28,172 bases of DNA from IMG/VR virus record IMGVR_UViG_3300020413_000055, positions 1 to 28,172 of that record; one strand, written 5' to 3'. The position numbers and the translations under genes are program-made. The DNA is from a virus (Duplodnaviria > Caudoviricetes). This document shows, piece after piece, positions 19,101 to 26,861 of this stretch. Within the stretch, counting starts at the first letter, position 1. Each line of letters starts with the position of its first letter. Below the pieces are notes generated by a model that worked only from the letters and a program-made list of their open reading frames with translations, was not told the origin of the DNA and did not search any database.

Positions 19101-22100
19101 ATCTAATGTATACAAATCGCTTGTTAAATATGTCTCAACATCGTTGGTGTCTATTGTATAAACATATACATGATTTTTATATTGTTTTGTTCTTGTGATA
19201 TTTCTAGGTAAATTAAAATTAGTTTCGGATGCAGTGACACTATATGTTTTTTCCACCATATTAAAATAATATGCCATATCACTATTTGCAAAGGGAAATG
19301 TATTATTCTTACCTAAATTTAAATCATACAATGCTTGATCAACTAATGCACTAATTTTTGTACCACCTGCCATAGATGCATATAGATTTTCTATTTTTTG
19401 CAAAAACTTTCTTTTAAATACATCGTAATTATCTGCGGCATAATCTAATGCTAATTGTAAGTCGTAATTTTCGTCACTTAAAGTTAATCCTAATTTTAAC
19501 AATGACGATAATTGATGATTTATTGTACCACCAAATTGTTTAGATCTACTATTGTTTCTAAAATTATTACTACCAAATGCAACTCCAACCAATCCTGGTT
19601 GTTTATCTATTATATCAATAAAATGATTAAATAATTCTGAATATTGAATTTGTCCTACCGATTCGTTGTTAGGATTATTTTTAAGGGCCTTAGGAACATC
19701 ATACGCCCATTCATTTGTTGTGCTAGTGTCTGTTGTACGAAACTTTACATCTACAACATCTCCTATTGTAAGTAAATTTTCTTTGCTTTCTGTTTGGTCA
19801 GCTGGAGAAAATACAGGAACACCACTGTCTGATACTGTTTCATCGGTACCCGAACTTTCATATGGTATGACTACATTTCCGCCATTAAAAATATAATGTG
19901 TATTGCGTTTTAATTTTTTTCCGTTATGACATACTTCAGGCCAACCATGTTCTTGTAATTCGTCAACTATTATAATTTTACCTGTTGTACTATTTGGAGC
20001 CGAGTAATATAAAATATCGTTTGTTTCTCCTTCAACAATATTAAAAGTAACAGTTCCGTCGTTAGTATTATTATTAGTAATACCCGAATTACCAGAATAA
20101 GCAGTTCCTCCTGCATCTTGTATTTGAAATGCAGTCTGTCCATTTGTTGTTTCAAATGTGTATGATTTGTTTTTAGCAAGATATAAAGTTGGATTTATGC
20201 CTGTTATTTTTTCATTACCATATGCCGACTTTAAACAAAAAGTCCAACCTGTCGCGGTTGCTTCTAACCAATAATCTCTTTCTGGTTCAAAGTTTGTTGT
20301 TCCTAAATTAATTACAAAATCATCATCTGCTTTTGTAACGTCTTGCGTTACAGTTATGGGTGTTCGAACAGGTTTATAACTTTCTGTCCAACAGTTATTA
20401 TATGAATATTTTTGTGTATCCCTATCATATTTTCTTACATAATATAATCCTAAAATATCTTTAGGTGTAGTACCCCTATCATATTGATATACTGTTTCTT
20501 GCAATGAATTATTAAAAATTAAATTTGAAGTATTAGTCGAAGACAAATAATTAGTAGTTCCGTATGTTAAAGGAAAATCTAAATATGTATCTTCTGTTCT
20601 TGTTGAAGATGTTTTATCTTCTAAATATTCTAAAACAGTATTACCTAAAAAATCCGTTTCGTTGTATTCTGACAAGGGATGAAATGTTGTATCATACAAT
20701 TCAAATTTTACAGACGAATTTGCACTAGACTTAGATTGACATTCTATCCATGTTTGTGTTTTACCATCAAACCAATAATCTTTTCCTTTTAATGTTGCTC
20801 CTTCTAAACATGTTATTACATCGCCATGTGTAGGTGAACCGCTACCTCTACCATCAGTTACAGGATTTAAACCACTTGCTCCTGTATTGTTACTCACAAC
20901 CGTAAAAATTTTATTTTTATATGTTGCGTTAGTAGAATTTGTAAAAAGGACTCTGTCATTTGCTTGCACAACATATCCGTCGTGTGTTTCTGCTTCCGGA
21001 CCCGAACTATCAACTAACCTCCAACCACTTGTAGCATCGGCAGGATCCATTGCTTCTGTAATTACAATATCAACTGGTGGTCTATAATGTGTTCCGTAAT
21101 TATGAAGTTGCAGATCTCGTTCCCAGCAAATAATAGGTCGTTGAGCATAATCACTATCAGTTAATAATCCATCTATCTTAAATGATTGCGTAAGACCTAA
21201 TATACTATTAACTGCTTTTACTGTATCAATATGATACCAACAATTAATTCTTGACCATATATTATTATCTCGAGATACACGATCCATACAAATATATTGA
21301 TGTTTGTATGTAATATCTTTATTTGCATTTATATAAGGAGGTCTTGCAATTTGTCCGCCCATAAACATTATTTCTACTCCGGACGTTGCATAACCGGCCC
21401 CTGTTGTTGTTGCTGATAAATTTTCTAATGTGCCTGTAGCAGACACTTCGCATTGTAATATTGCATGAGTAGTTGGTCCACCTGTGCTATCATAAACATT
21501 AGTAAATGGTTTATATGAATAGTTTGTCCCTGCATCTGTTATTGTAGGCGAAGCAACAGAACCCGACGAAGTATCAACTGTACCTGTTGCTAATGTAGGA
21601 GTAGCAATACCCATAGAATCTTCTGTAACAGAACATAATGTGCTTTCGTCAACTAAGTCTATGCTTGCCCCTACGCCTGTGACAACATATGTTTTATTAT
21701 CATCAGAGAACGCAAGTCTCATACCGTTTTCTAATGTTAAAGTTTTACTGTCATATATTATTTGTGCTGATGTAGTATATGTTCGCTTGCCTTGTATACC
21801 GGCTTTTGTTTCACCGTGCAATCCTATTAATGGTAATCCAAAAGGTAGCCATACGTAACTATTCCAGTTAACAAACATATCATAGTTAATTGGAGGTGTC
21901 CAGGAGTAATTGTTATCTAAAAATAATTTATCTAAATTAGTAGTTTTACTACCTAAATAATCTAATTTAGAAACAATATCGTCGTATGGTATTGCAGATT
22001 CATATTCTAACGTAGATACATTTTGACTTATTACTGTAGGATCTAATTGATACCTATTGTTTAATGTTGTTTTGCTACGCAAATATACATCATCTGTTGC

Positions 22101-22298
22101 ACTTCTAATAATACTATTATTTTTACCTATATAACCAGACTTTATTACAGGTGTACCTTTTGCTATCATTTGATCTAATGTAGCATTTAAAAATTTTTTA
22201 TTTGTATCTGTTTGTAAATATTCTGGTAATAAATTAACAGAAGATCTTTTTTCTTCTTTACTTTTAGATGTTGTCGGATTACTTTTATAATCAGCCAT
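10185..22298 (-). CDS. giant baseplate wedge/virion protein (4037 aa; gp7-like position) with multiple inserted domains
   Basis: Follows the gp25-like and gp6-like genes. N-terminal NLLPEYLQT...KFL motif resembles gp7-like wedge proteins. Contains cupredoxin-like, CBM-like, FCCH-like, GxGY and beta-propeller modules. Confidence 0.85.
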   Translation of the reverse strand: MADYKSNPTTSKSKEEKRSSVNLLPEYLQTDTNKKFLNATLDQMIAKGTPVIKSGYIGKNNSIIRSATDDVYLRSKTTLNNRYQLDPTVISQNVSTLEYESAIPYDDIVSKLDYLGSKTTNLDKLFLDNNYSWTPPINYDMFVNWNSYVWLPFGLPLIGLHGETKAGIQGKRTYTTSAQIIYDSKTLTLENGMRLAFSDDNKTYVVTGVGASIDLVDESTLCSVTEDSMGIATPTLATGTVDTSSGSVASPTITDAGTNYSYKPFTNVYDSTGGPTTHAILQCEVSATGTLENLSATTTGAGYATSGVEIMFMGGQIARPPYINANKDITYKHQYICMDRVSRDNNIWSRINCWYHIDTVKAVNSILGLTQSFKIDGLLTDSDYAQRPIICWERDLQLHNYGTHYRPPVDIVITEAMDPADATSGWRLVDSSGPEAETHDGYVVQANDRVLFTNSTNATYKNKIFTVVSNNTGASGLNPVTDGRGSGSPTHGDVITCLEGATLKGKDYWFDGKTQTWIECQSKSSANSSVKFELYDTTFHPLSEYNETDFLGNTVLEYLEDKTSSTRTEDTYLDFPLTYGTTNYLSSTNTSNLIFNNSLQETVYQYDRGTTPKDILGLYYVRKYDRDTQKYSYNNCWTESYKPVRTPITVTQDVTKADDDFVINLGTTNFEPERDYWLEATATGWTFCLKSAYGNEKITGINPTLYLAKNKSYTFETTNGQTAFQIQDAGGTAYSGNSGITNNNTNDGTVTFNIVEGETNDILYYSAPNSTTGKIIIVDELQEHGWPEVCHNGKKLKRNTHYIFNGGNVVIPYESSGTDETVSDSGVPVFSPADQTESKENLLTIGDVVDVKFRTTDTSTTNEWAYDVPKALKNNPNNESVGQIQYSELFNHFIDIIDKQPGLVGVAFGSNNFRNNSRSKQFGGTINHQLSSLLKLGLTLSDENYDLQLALDYAADNYDVFKRKFLQKIENLYASMAGGTKISALVDQALYDLNLGKNNTFPFANSDMAYYFNMVEKTYSVTASETNFNLPRNITRTKQYKNHVYVYTIDTNDVETYLTSDLYTLDTDSATNKITLDSAVSSGKVVIKVSIDQGLSFIPPTLAKLGVVPAIKPTHYVDDTGQRTVVVIEGHDRSKTIANASSISGSGSALTGAITDYRDKALLELENRIYDHIQPSFKNKRKDLSSIPGKYRTTTTTRTEQNAFYYDGFNSFRISKGIQDLANTSYEANNKFTHNYSSTQSEGIGFWRGIYKYYFDTDRPHTHPWEMLGFTEKPSWWDANYEWVNATKRNKLIEALQKGIISDPTTPSDPVVQDINVARPSATFPVATDGTLQDPDTWALTSPTAKDAKSNFKFGDGGPIETVWNRSSLFPFTESKFLFSRQPAKYLETNYDVLDRINDGETNTTIKVTVADSKFYLDGVKQKKLVLQKGTTYTFDLTDASNNTHDFELSETSDGTRAGGSKYTTNWDETTATKPTFKPASNAPDVLYYYCSAHDGMGGAIEIVDVVQDNQIISDKTKQRHNANLLYTHNEIDTTNLSRRVLGLQQPIIDRLMFLGNNIFEDFSRRLRQLNVKLSYKMQGFSKKSLTSLLADSLQSEKSNNFVPQDDMTIKFHTSAPYNYYSYSGVEIVATSTGYKVYGFNNERPYFTILESLKETISQITVSETNIQLFTEFSTDTKSIDYGTEYKSANDVYNFLIAYEKYLESIGFEFTNANQDKAYENWTLSAQQFITWSETNWGTDTSIKLSPAGNLLHFNHNHGHVKSNEYEYGSYFLDADKSLFNSTNIDVDRQLNYMTVKPKDSDKAIYGASLVLCDYEHLLIINNKTIFDDIIYFPVLGDAKQRFKIEYLQTPEWNGTLHAPGYLVHGDTVYENFDKTTANITEGYFNVEQTVLNDNIIDIARKNIGYEKKQFLRNMRLSNDSQFQFMKGVSHLKGTPEVFNRLTRSTFLLEASVDISLEEEWLFRLGEFGPETQQATREFTLDKPAIKTNPQVIDFGQTYVGQATDIDYDDIINLLPGDSRWLEQPTTTPSITFTTRAKFDQSIDTITEIETYEKDLPNAGYPKLEETTYQKFNLDDLPSLYTTYYNDEDSMIYKLLQTTNWKDTYTYAENYYVRYNGKRWRSTRTINAAARSIQGVVNANYSVFYSDGSLKEVVLEKCVFSADGVTKVSETTTSSAYDPYASGVTGVNARLGSYNHTYYPVSARLTQGTSSTGVVYTGADANSDYSYVLSFAQGIIPAANAPADDSIIYLNAFNYKTDAEAADTTISDRWVEAGEEGIFNVWVADTGSGDWSAFNLQDDDFGCELICKGYETGDEALIKLNKEHQLSIGDYVLILGAEFNPDLNGIHKVTGFPTGKDCDTCGLRSVKQFYIDEYVGDNELYGKVFPLRSARFDTTTDLYSTISDTKYEFKTGEYAYVDNSYTTQEFTIGVVDTSGSYNPYATSEQTFASVTDYTLSYSTTTANVDVFVGSFRTKIPQQANNISNYTVTGNSISFNSGNIGSAWGAGQPLLIVYKDRNNGYSTFTYNDATKSWISVRAQQPKADTAQIANIIVYDHKQNRELARAETWDPFKGIIPGIAEKEIEVTSGYDQALYNATTQDKETLTTTRSWGAEQLGTTWWNLNTVRYLDYEQSDDPDYTFKNWGKQFPESSIDIYEWTKSTVTPDEWLTLVNGSFVLDGEICSGEAYTKTLSGVTHYYWSEEETIDPFTGTTITYYYFWVKNKTSVPRSKPFREISCKAVTDYLNDPTRSGLFWASPSGTSSIITGNIGDQLTSNSVFQVNFSSTVANKHKEWIKIKETNTDTEIPNTFAKRMHESILGIDENKDVLALAGVEQTNSNAINTFNSEWSNKLNYNANDVVKVTTNNVAKYYKTLYDISLVSTNLKLAIDNQTNTVNVRIGANEAQRFNFPARIIIDPPPPASNTFGLPYENVTAYAYANIVSGTVDSITVVRGGQGYSTSTKPTIWIEPPEDPTGTQATVIAGDITVNNDGVITGITMNASRKGSGYSQSYAVIDQGESDEEIVKLKYFDEYATRRFVSDFNALTNGAFELETTDTWSVSPGSIAPSGEVATVSLTSALGTTYEASTTYSTTGGTGSGFTCTVTVDGNGAIQTINVVNGGGGYAVNDSLSITGGDNSAIIKVATVNTSDIIYGNASGLYTGTSNNTVHYVGIKGLTASDGIGDTVNYVGKALIRTYTQLDSVKLKYGSVNSDGDFNTYTAVDLTPTASSQNSSLSAERVYAFTGEFTTTSNTYHALWLEITPGHTNGFTLLIDNLQFVNPATGDRIIIERGQQSTSAAAHDQYSTFRELGDFSSQPWFELLTYSFIDDRTLVVDAPNMVPSLRLNEIFRYGSQIRPYKQSWIKNRLEAIRVLIQKANELLLNINLSDSQLNWKKNLGGSFTKGNSTFNPQDYWEYTDWFHPDYTVSSSSVAQITATTRNELYDVDNDLYSVVRVDSDDTDGNWAFYQWVNESWFKIGKQNGTIQLKNTLFNVQDIDAGWDAAEWDIGGWDKNYTNELQAILKGLHEDIFIGTYKIYYKQLFFALIKYIYSEQQNLDWVAKTTFLELNRKTPGELKPRSFDVGAEQDILDYLNEVKPYHSKIETIFDSRTFNEETNVNADEVVDIRVQTNSASTAGTVTAGSTYDVSSEENDVRGITFNNDGTKMFTVGTTGDDVNEYTLSTGFDLSSTVTFVDSYAVTQCPNPTAVKFNADGTKMFVTGVGNSNVHQYALSTGFDVSTASFTQTLVTTVDNDNFGLDFKDDGTKMYITGNQNNKIYEFNLSSAFDISSATFNQDLSVTATDVEPFGIEWSPDGKKLFIVGTHGNGIDLFKASTAWDISTLTHSEFYSLGGNPSGIHISPDGTKMFIAGDNTQLVKSYTLSNAYTFTNTSSTSTTDSRAFRMFIDNTGTRMYEVIINADQTTAAEDIDATETSITVTDATKLPGSATEPGEIMIGAERIRYENTSGNTLINCTRGVAGTAATTHANGSVIVSAGPTTAIPVSPDPESWPAFDSLDGTTQSNATMAGVSTIHGKSVTEGTI
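10640..11400 (-). repeat. five ~50-aa beta-propeller blade repeats ((N/P)DGTKMF..G......Y.LST.FD.S)
   Basis: Blades: NNDGTKMFTVG, NADGTKMFVTG, KDDGTKMYITG, SPDGKKLFIVG, SPDGTKMFIAG. The 18-mer aaacatttttgttccatc is identical at 11157-11174 and 11310-11327 (153-nt period). Confidence 0.9.
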
Positions 22299-22300
22299 AA

Positions 22301-25300
22301 TTAGTATGTCCCGCCTGAGCTACCACTTGAACTACTCGATGAAGTAGAAGTTGATGTACCAACAATACTAGTTACTGCGGTTGGTGTTTCGACCAAGCCC
22401 GAAGCTATTCTAATATTGGATTCTGTATAAGAATCTACTATATCTATATCTGACACTTTTGCAGCACTTATAAACAATTCGTGTGCATCTGGTGTTACTT
22501 GAAACATGTTACCAAACCTTGAGGCAGAATTAATAGGTACAATTACAAAGGAAGAAATAATACCTATCATATTTCTATGTACATAACCTGCTAGTTCTGT
22601 AAAATAAAATGTTTCACCAAAATCCCAGTTATTAGGATCAAAGTATTCATCTATGTAATCTACAATTTGTGCCTTTATTTCGTTATCAGTTAAACTTGTA
22701 CTAGGTGTTTTAACTACTTTAAATTTTGCTTGCAAAGCATAGTCTGCTTCTGTTCCAAATAATATTTTATATTCAGATGATTTGTAAATTATTGTATCCG
22801 ACGAAGTTTTTGCGTCTTCTAAACTTGCGAACATCTTTTGTAAATCTTCTGTAGTATGAGGCAACGGTTTGTATTGAGCCCGCCTGTCATTCTTTACCCA
22901 GTTTCTAAATTCTGTGTTATATGTTGTTGTTAAAACAAAAGTATCTATTATGTTAGTAACTGCTGGATCTATTCTTGTATCTTCGCTTGCAGCATGGGCC
23001 CATTTAAATCTTATACTCGATCTACCTGTTAATTGTTGATATGATAAGTCTCTTACATATTTCCAATTTGTTGTGTTAGTTGGTAGTATACCTAAGTTAC
23101 CAGCTATTTTAGATTCGTATTCAGAACCATTGTATTCTACTTTTTCTGCTAAAGCATATGAAGTAGCTGATTCCCAATACTTTATAGTACCGTCTGTTTT
23201 TTGAGGCGGTGTATCAATCATTAATGTTTTATATGTGTAGTTACCATCTTGAATATCTGTTATAAAAATTTGATTTGATCCTACTACACTTTCGAATGCA
23301 AACGGATCATCTATTACATAATCTTTATTTGTATCTGCAAATTTTAATAATACTCTTCTAGGATCTGTGTATCCGTCGTCATATGTGTAATAACCTTCAA
23401 TATCAAAATCATAGTCTGCTGGTAGTAATGTAGTTGCAAGTCCTGTTCCATCAGCATTAACTGTCCAATGAGTTGATGTCGACGAAGGAGTTTGATTACT
23501 ATGTGCAGTTTTAGCAGTATACTGAGTTCCGTTATATACTATCTTATCACCTATTGCATAGGTTGTAGTTGATGACCAACTAGGCAAAGGACCTAAATTA
23601 ATGTTTAATATTTTTATAGAATCTTTTGTAGACTTCTTTGTTACTTTACTTAGTTTATTGCCTAATCGTTGATTATAAAATCTAACATTTGCAACAGAAC
23701 CAAAATTATATTTTATACATCGTGCTAAAAATACCCATTGGTCTGAATAATATTCTACTCTTATAAGATAACTATTATCTGATTGTGTACCTGCGGTGCT
23801 TTCAGTTAAACTAAATGCAGTACTTTGTGATGCGCCTAAATCTACACCTAATACAATTTCATATTTGTTGTTACGATGATCCCATCGTATACCAAAAGAA
23901 TTGTTTGCATCTAATTGTGTTTTAATAGCATTTATTTCATTGTTGCTTGAAGCAGAACTAAACTTTCTATTAAATGCAGGTGCTATACGTTTTATTCTTA
24001 AACCGTCTGGTATGTTTCTTGATAAGGTAACAGTACCATAACCTTCTTTTGTTTTTCCTGTGTATGATAATGAAGAATCGGTTATGCCTCGACCATCGCC
24101 ATACAAACCAGTTATGCTTGCCCAAATTGTTTCTGAATTTTCTACAAATTCTCCGCTAGAATCAACTTGTGCAAATTCAACATTAGCACCTTCTACTAAA
24201 AATTTAGCCACTGCCTGGGTTGCATTAGGACCTATTGGAGTCATTAATGGCGAGCTTACGCCATGTGTAAAGTATCCTGTAGACTGTCTTGTAGTACCTG
24301 TAACTTTTTTCCAAGTCCACATATTGGCTGCCTGCCCTGTTTCATCGGATGTTTTATAATATAAACTATCTACCGATGTTCCTTGTGACCAAACAAAATC
24401 TGCTTTATATTTTTGATAATAAAAATTTTCTACTTGTGTTTCATCTAAAAATGGTTGTATAAATTGATCTATAATTTGAGTAGATGTTAATCCTGTCCCA
24501 GTAGATAATGTTTTTCTTAAAAATGTTTCTTCTTCAAATACGTATCCGTCGTCACCAAATATTGTTAAATCTTTATAGGTTCCTGTAGGATCATTAATAT
24601 CTACATAACGTGTATGACCACTATGTACTCTATTTGTGCTTTTTATTTTTGCAATACTAGTAGATGCTTGTAACGGATATACTGCATAGTCTTGTGCAGA
24701 AACCATTCTATTTTGTGTAGAATAAACCAATGGTGCTTTTGTCTGAATGCTTGTATTAGATTCTGAGGCTGCACTATTTTTAATAGGCTCTTCTAAATCA
24801 AATGTTAAAGATAAATCATATAATTGATTATCAAACTTACTAAAATAAGGTATTAATATTTGTTGGTTCTGAATATCGTCTGCTCGTATTGTATATTCTT
24901 CTCCGTTAGTACTTCTAAACCAAGTTCGTATAATACCTTTAGGAGCATTACCAAATCTACCATCTGCAAATTTAATGCTTATAGCATCATTTGTTTGAGT
25001 CACTACTTGGTAAATATCTCTTATACTATTATTAATAGCATTAAAAATTACATTAGATCCTGTGACATTTTCTACAGGAGTCCATGGGGTTGTAACTGCA
25101 CCATCTTCGTTAATAGTTTGAACCCATACATCATCATTACAAATATTTTCTGTATCAACATTTAATACTTGATTTTCTATTGGTAAATTAATTAGAGTAT
25201 CTAATAATTCTAACGTACCTTGTTTGAAATAAAAGAAAAATCCTGTTTTAGAACTAGCATTTCCTTTACCATCGTTGAGGTATAAACAATTTATACTAGC

Positions 25301-25990
25301 ATTAGGATCTGGCATAGGTTCAAAATAACCATTAGAATTTATGTCTATATTACATATTTCAAATGGCAATGCTTCGCCTTGTATAGTAGCACTAAAAGGA
25401 TAAACTACTTGTTGTTCAGTTAATGAATTTATTTTATAAACTTCTGTATTAACTCCATCTAATTTCATAGATTTAAAAGGAGTACCAAATTGTGTAGTAC
25501 TACCAAATGCAGAATTCATAATCATTATAAATTGTTCATATGCATTTGCATTAGTAGAGTCGTTCCATACTACATCAGTATTTGCAATGTTAGTTCCATC
25601 TGAATCTATTAATGATTCTGTTGTTCTAATTGTTTTAATTTTAACAACACCAGACGAGTTTATATTTCTTGTAGGATTATAACCTAAAAATCTTGCTAAT
25701 CGTAAAATAGAATCTCTGCTTTGTGCAGTTTCCATAAAGTTTTCACGAGTCGCAAAGTCAGTTCTAAATGCAGTATTATGGCCAACAAATGCTATTAAGT
25801 CCATAAGACTTATAAATTCTGATGATTGAATCCAGTCGTTGTAATCTTCAGGATAGTTTAATCTAATATAATCTACCATAGCCGCTTTTAAGGTATCAAA
25901 GTCATATGCTTGAAAATTAGATTGGTCGAATGATTGGTATTTTGCTATAAAATCTTCTGCGGCAAATAATACATCTTGTCGTGTAGCCAT
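22301..25990 (-). CDS. baseplate wedge subunit, T4 gp6-like (1229 aa)
   Basis: YDFDTLKAAMVDYIR...DW..SSEF..LMDLIAF...ENFMETAQSRDSILRLARFLGY.P N-terminus; IKFADGRFGNAP; ESNTSI...AP.VYSTQNRMVSAQDY; C-terminal WDFGETFYFTEL. These are gp6/baseplate-J hallmarks. Confidence 0.92.
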   Translation of the reverse strand: MATRQDVLFAAEDFIAKYQSFDQSNFQAYDFDTLKAAMVDYIRLNYPEDYNDWIQSSEFISLMDLIAFVGHNTAFRTDFATRENFMETAQSRDSILRLARFLGYNPTRNINSSGVVKIKTIRTTESLIDSDGTNIANTDVVWNDSTNANAYEQFIMIMNSAFGSTTQFGTPFKSMKLDGVNTEVYKINSLTEQQVVYPFSATIQGEALPFEICNIDINSNGYFEPMPDPNASINCLYLNDGKGNASSKTGFFFYFKQGTLELLDTLINLPIENQVLNVDTENICNDDVWVQTINEDGAVTTPWTPVENVTGSNVIFNAINNSIRDIYQVVTQTNDAISIKFADGRFGNAPKGIIRTWFRSTNGEEYTIRADDIQNQQILIPYFSKFDNQLYDLSLTFDLEEPIKNSAASESNTSIQTKAPLVYSTQNRMVSAQDYAVYPLQASTSIAKIKSTNRVHSGHTRYVDINDPTGTYKDLTIFGDDGYVFEEETFLRKTLSTGTGLTSTQIIDQFIQPFLDETQVENFYYQKYKADFVWSQGTSVDSLYYKTSDETGQAANMWTWKKVTGTTRQSTGYFTHGVSSPLMTPIGPNATQAVAKFLVEGANVEFAQVDSSGEFVENSETIWASITGLYGDGRGITDSSLSYTGKTKEGYGTVTLSRNIPDGLRIKRIAPAFNRKFSSASSNNEINAIKTQLDANNSFGIRWDHRNNKYEIVLGVDLGASQSTAFSLTESTAGTQSDNSYLIRVEYYSDQWVFLARCIKYNFGSVANVRFYNQRLGNKLSKVTKKSTKDSIKILNINLGPLPSWSSTTTYAIGDKIVYNGTQYTAKTAHSNQTPSSTSTHWTVNADGTGLATTLLPADYDFDIEGYYTYDDGYTDPRRVLLKFADTNKDYVIDDPFAFESVVGSNQIFITDIQDGNYTYKTLMIDTPPQKTDGTIKYWESATSYALAEKVEYNGSEYESKIAGNLGILPTNTTNWKYVRDLSYQQLTGRSSIRFKWAHAASEDTRIDPAVTNIIDTFVLTTTYNTEFRNWVKNDRRAQYKPLPHTTEDLQKMFASLEDAKTSSDTIIYKSSEYKILFGTEADYALQAKFKVVKTPSTSLTDNEIKAQIVDYIDEYFDPNNWDFGETFYFTELAGYVHRNMIGIISSFVIVPINSASRFGNMFQVTPDAHELFISAAKVSDIDIVDSYTESNIRIASGLVETPTAVTSIVGTSTSTSSSSSSGSSGGTY

Positions 25991-25994
25991 ATTA

Positions 25995-26372
25995 TTATAA
26001 ATCCTCGCTTAGTTGTCTGTCAAAGTTTAATGCTAATAGTTCTACTTTATCTGTAGGTTGATACTTTAATCTTAATTCTACACTTATAGCATTTTGATTA
26101 GAATATGCTGAAACTTCTTGAAGAGCCCATCTAGGATCTTGAGCAACAATATCAGCACAATCTTCTTTAACTGCATCTTCTACTGTATCGTCCCATGGCT
26201 CAAACATTAAACTCCATATAATAGAACCAAATTCGGGATTCATAATCCTTTCGCCTTTTTTAGTGTTAAAATGATTTGTTAAATCCTGTACGGCTAGATC
26301 TTGATCATGAAGTTTTCTAATTGCTGGTCCTCTAGTTGTTGTAAATCCGTTGAAAAGTGTTTTTGTAGCCAT
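25995..26372 (-). CDS. baseplate wedge subunit, T4 gp25-like (sheath initiator)
   Basis: DLTNHFNTKKGERIMNPEFGSIIWSLMFEP...DPR, the GPW_gp25 signature. Confidence 0.93.
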   Translation of the reverse strand: MATKTLFNGFTTTRGPAIRKLHDQDLAVQDLTNHFNTKKGERIMNPEFGSIIWSLMFEPWDDTVEDAVKEDCADIVAQDPRWALQEVSAYSNQNAISVELRLKYQPTDKVELLALNFDRQLSEDL

Positions 26373-26393
26373 GATTATACTCTAATTATAGTA

Positions 26394-26400
26394 TATTTAT
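26394..26400 (-). promoter_or_regulatory. putative late promoter ATAAATA for the baseplate/tail operon
   Basis: Plus-strand tatttat, 21 nt upstream of the gp25-like ATG; same core as the motif at 10182. Confidence 0.6.
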
Positions 26401-26432
26401 TAAAAAATAAACCAAGTATTTAATATTTTTGG

Positions 26433-26460
26433 TTGACATTTGATCTTAAGAGTGTATAAT
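26433..26460 (+). promoter_or_regulatory. sigma70-type early promoter TTGACA-N16-TATAAT
   Basis: Perfect -35 (26433-26438) and -10 (26455-26460) with an AT-rich upstream tract, 37 nt before the ATG at 26498. Confidence 0.8.
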
Positions 26461-26497
26461 ACTTGTAAAAGTAGTTAATCATATAACAAATGAGCAT

Positions 26498-26830
26498 ATG
26501 AAAAACGAATGGCAAAGCACTCCTAAATCAAATATTTTACTTCCAGATGGTTATGAACTAGCTAACCCATACACGAAAGAAGATATGAATGATTATAACC
26601 GTGGTAAACGTGATATTATGTTAGAGATGGCAAAAGAAGATTTGATTAACGTAGCATCAAGGATTGCTGTTTTAGAAAACGACCTCGATGGTGCCCGAAA
26701 AACAAAGTGGGAGCTAGTTAATAAGATTCGTTTGTTAGAAGACGGTGCGGCTTTTGAATGTATAGAAAAAGGAGAAGCATTAACCCTTCATGAAAAGATT
26801 AACATTATTAAAGAAGGATTTGCTGTATAG
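26498..26830 (+). CDS. hypothetical protein (110 aa), coiled-coil centre, probably early
   Basis: ORF directly downstream of the sigma70 promoter; heptad-like LINVASRIAVLENDLDGARKTKWELVNKIRLLE. Confidence 0.75.
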   Translation: MKNEWQSTPKSNILLPDGYELANPYTKEDMNDYNRGKRDIMLEMAKEDLINVASRIAVLENDLDGARKTKWELVNKIRLLEDGAAFECIEKGEALTLHEKINIIKEGFAV

Positions 26831-26837
26831 ATAAATA
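26831..26837 (+). promoter_or_regulatory. putative late promoter ATAAATA
   Basis: Immediately after the TAG at 26830 and 24 nt upstream of the ATG at 26862. Confidence 0.55.
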
Positions 26838-26861
26838 ATTTAAAACAGTTTAGGATAGTAT

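Noticed and set aside
2545-25165. Many 60-126 aa plus-strand ORFs and short out-of-frame minus-strand ORFs within the structural genes
   Set aside because: They are shadows of long genes with biased codon use; no motifs or expression signals were seen.
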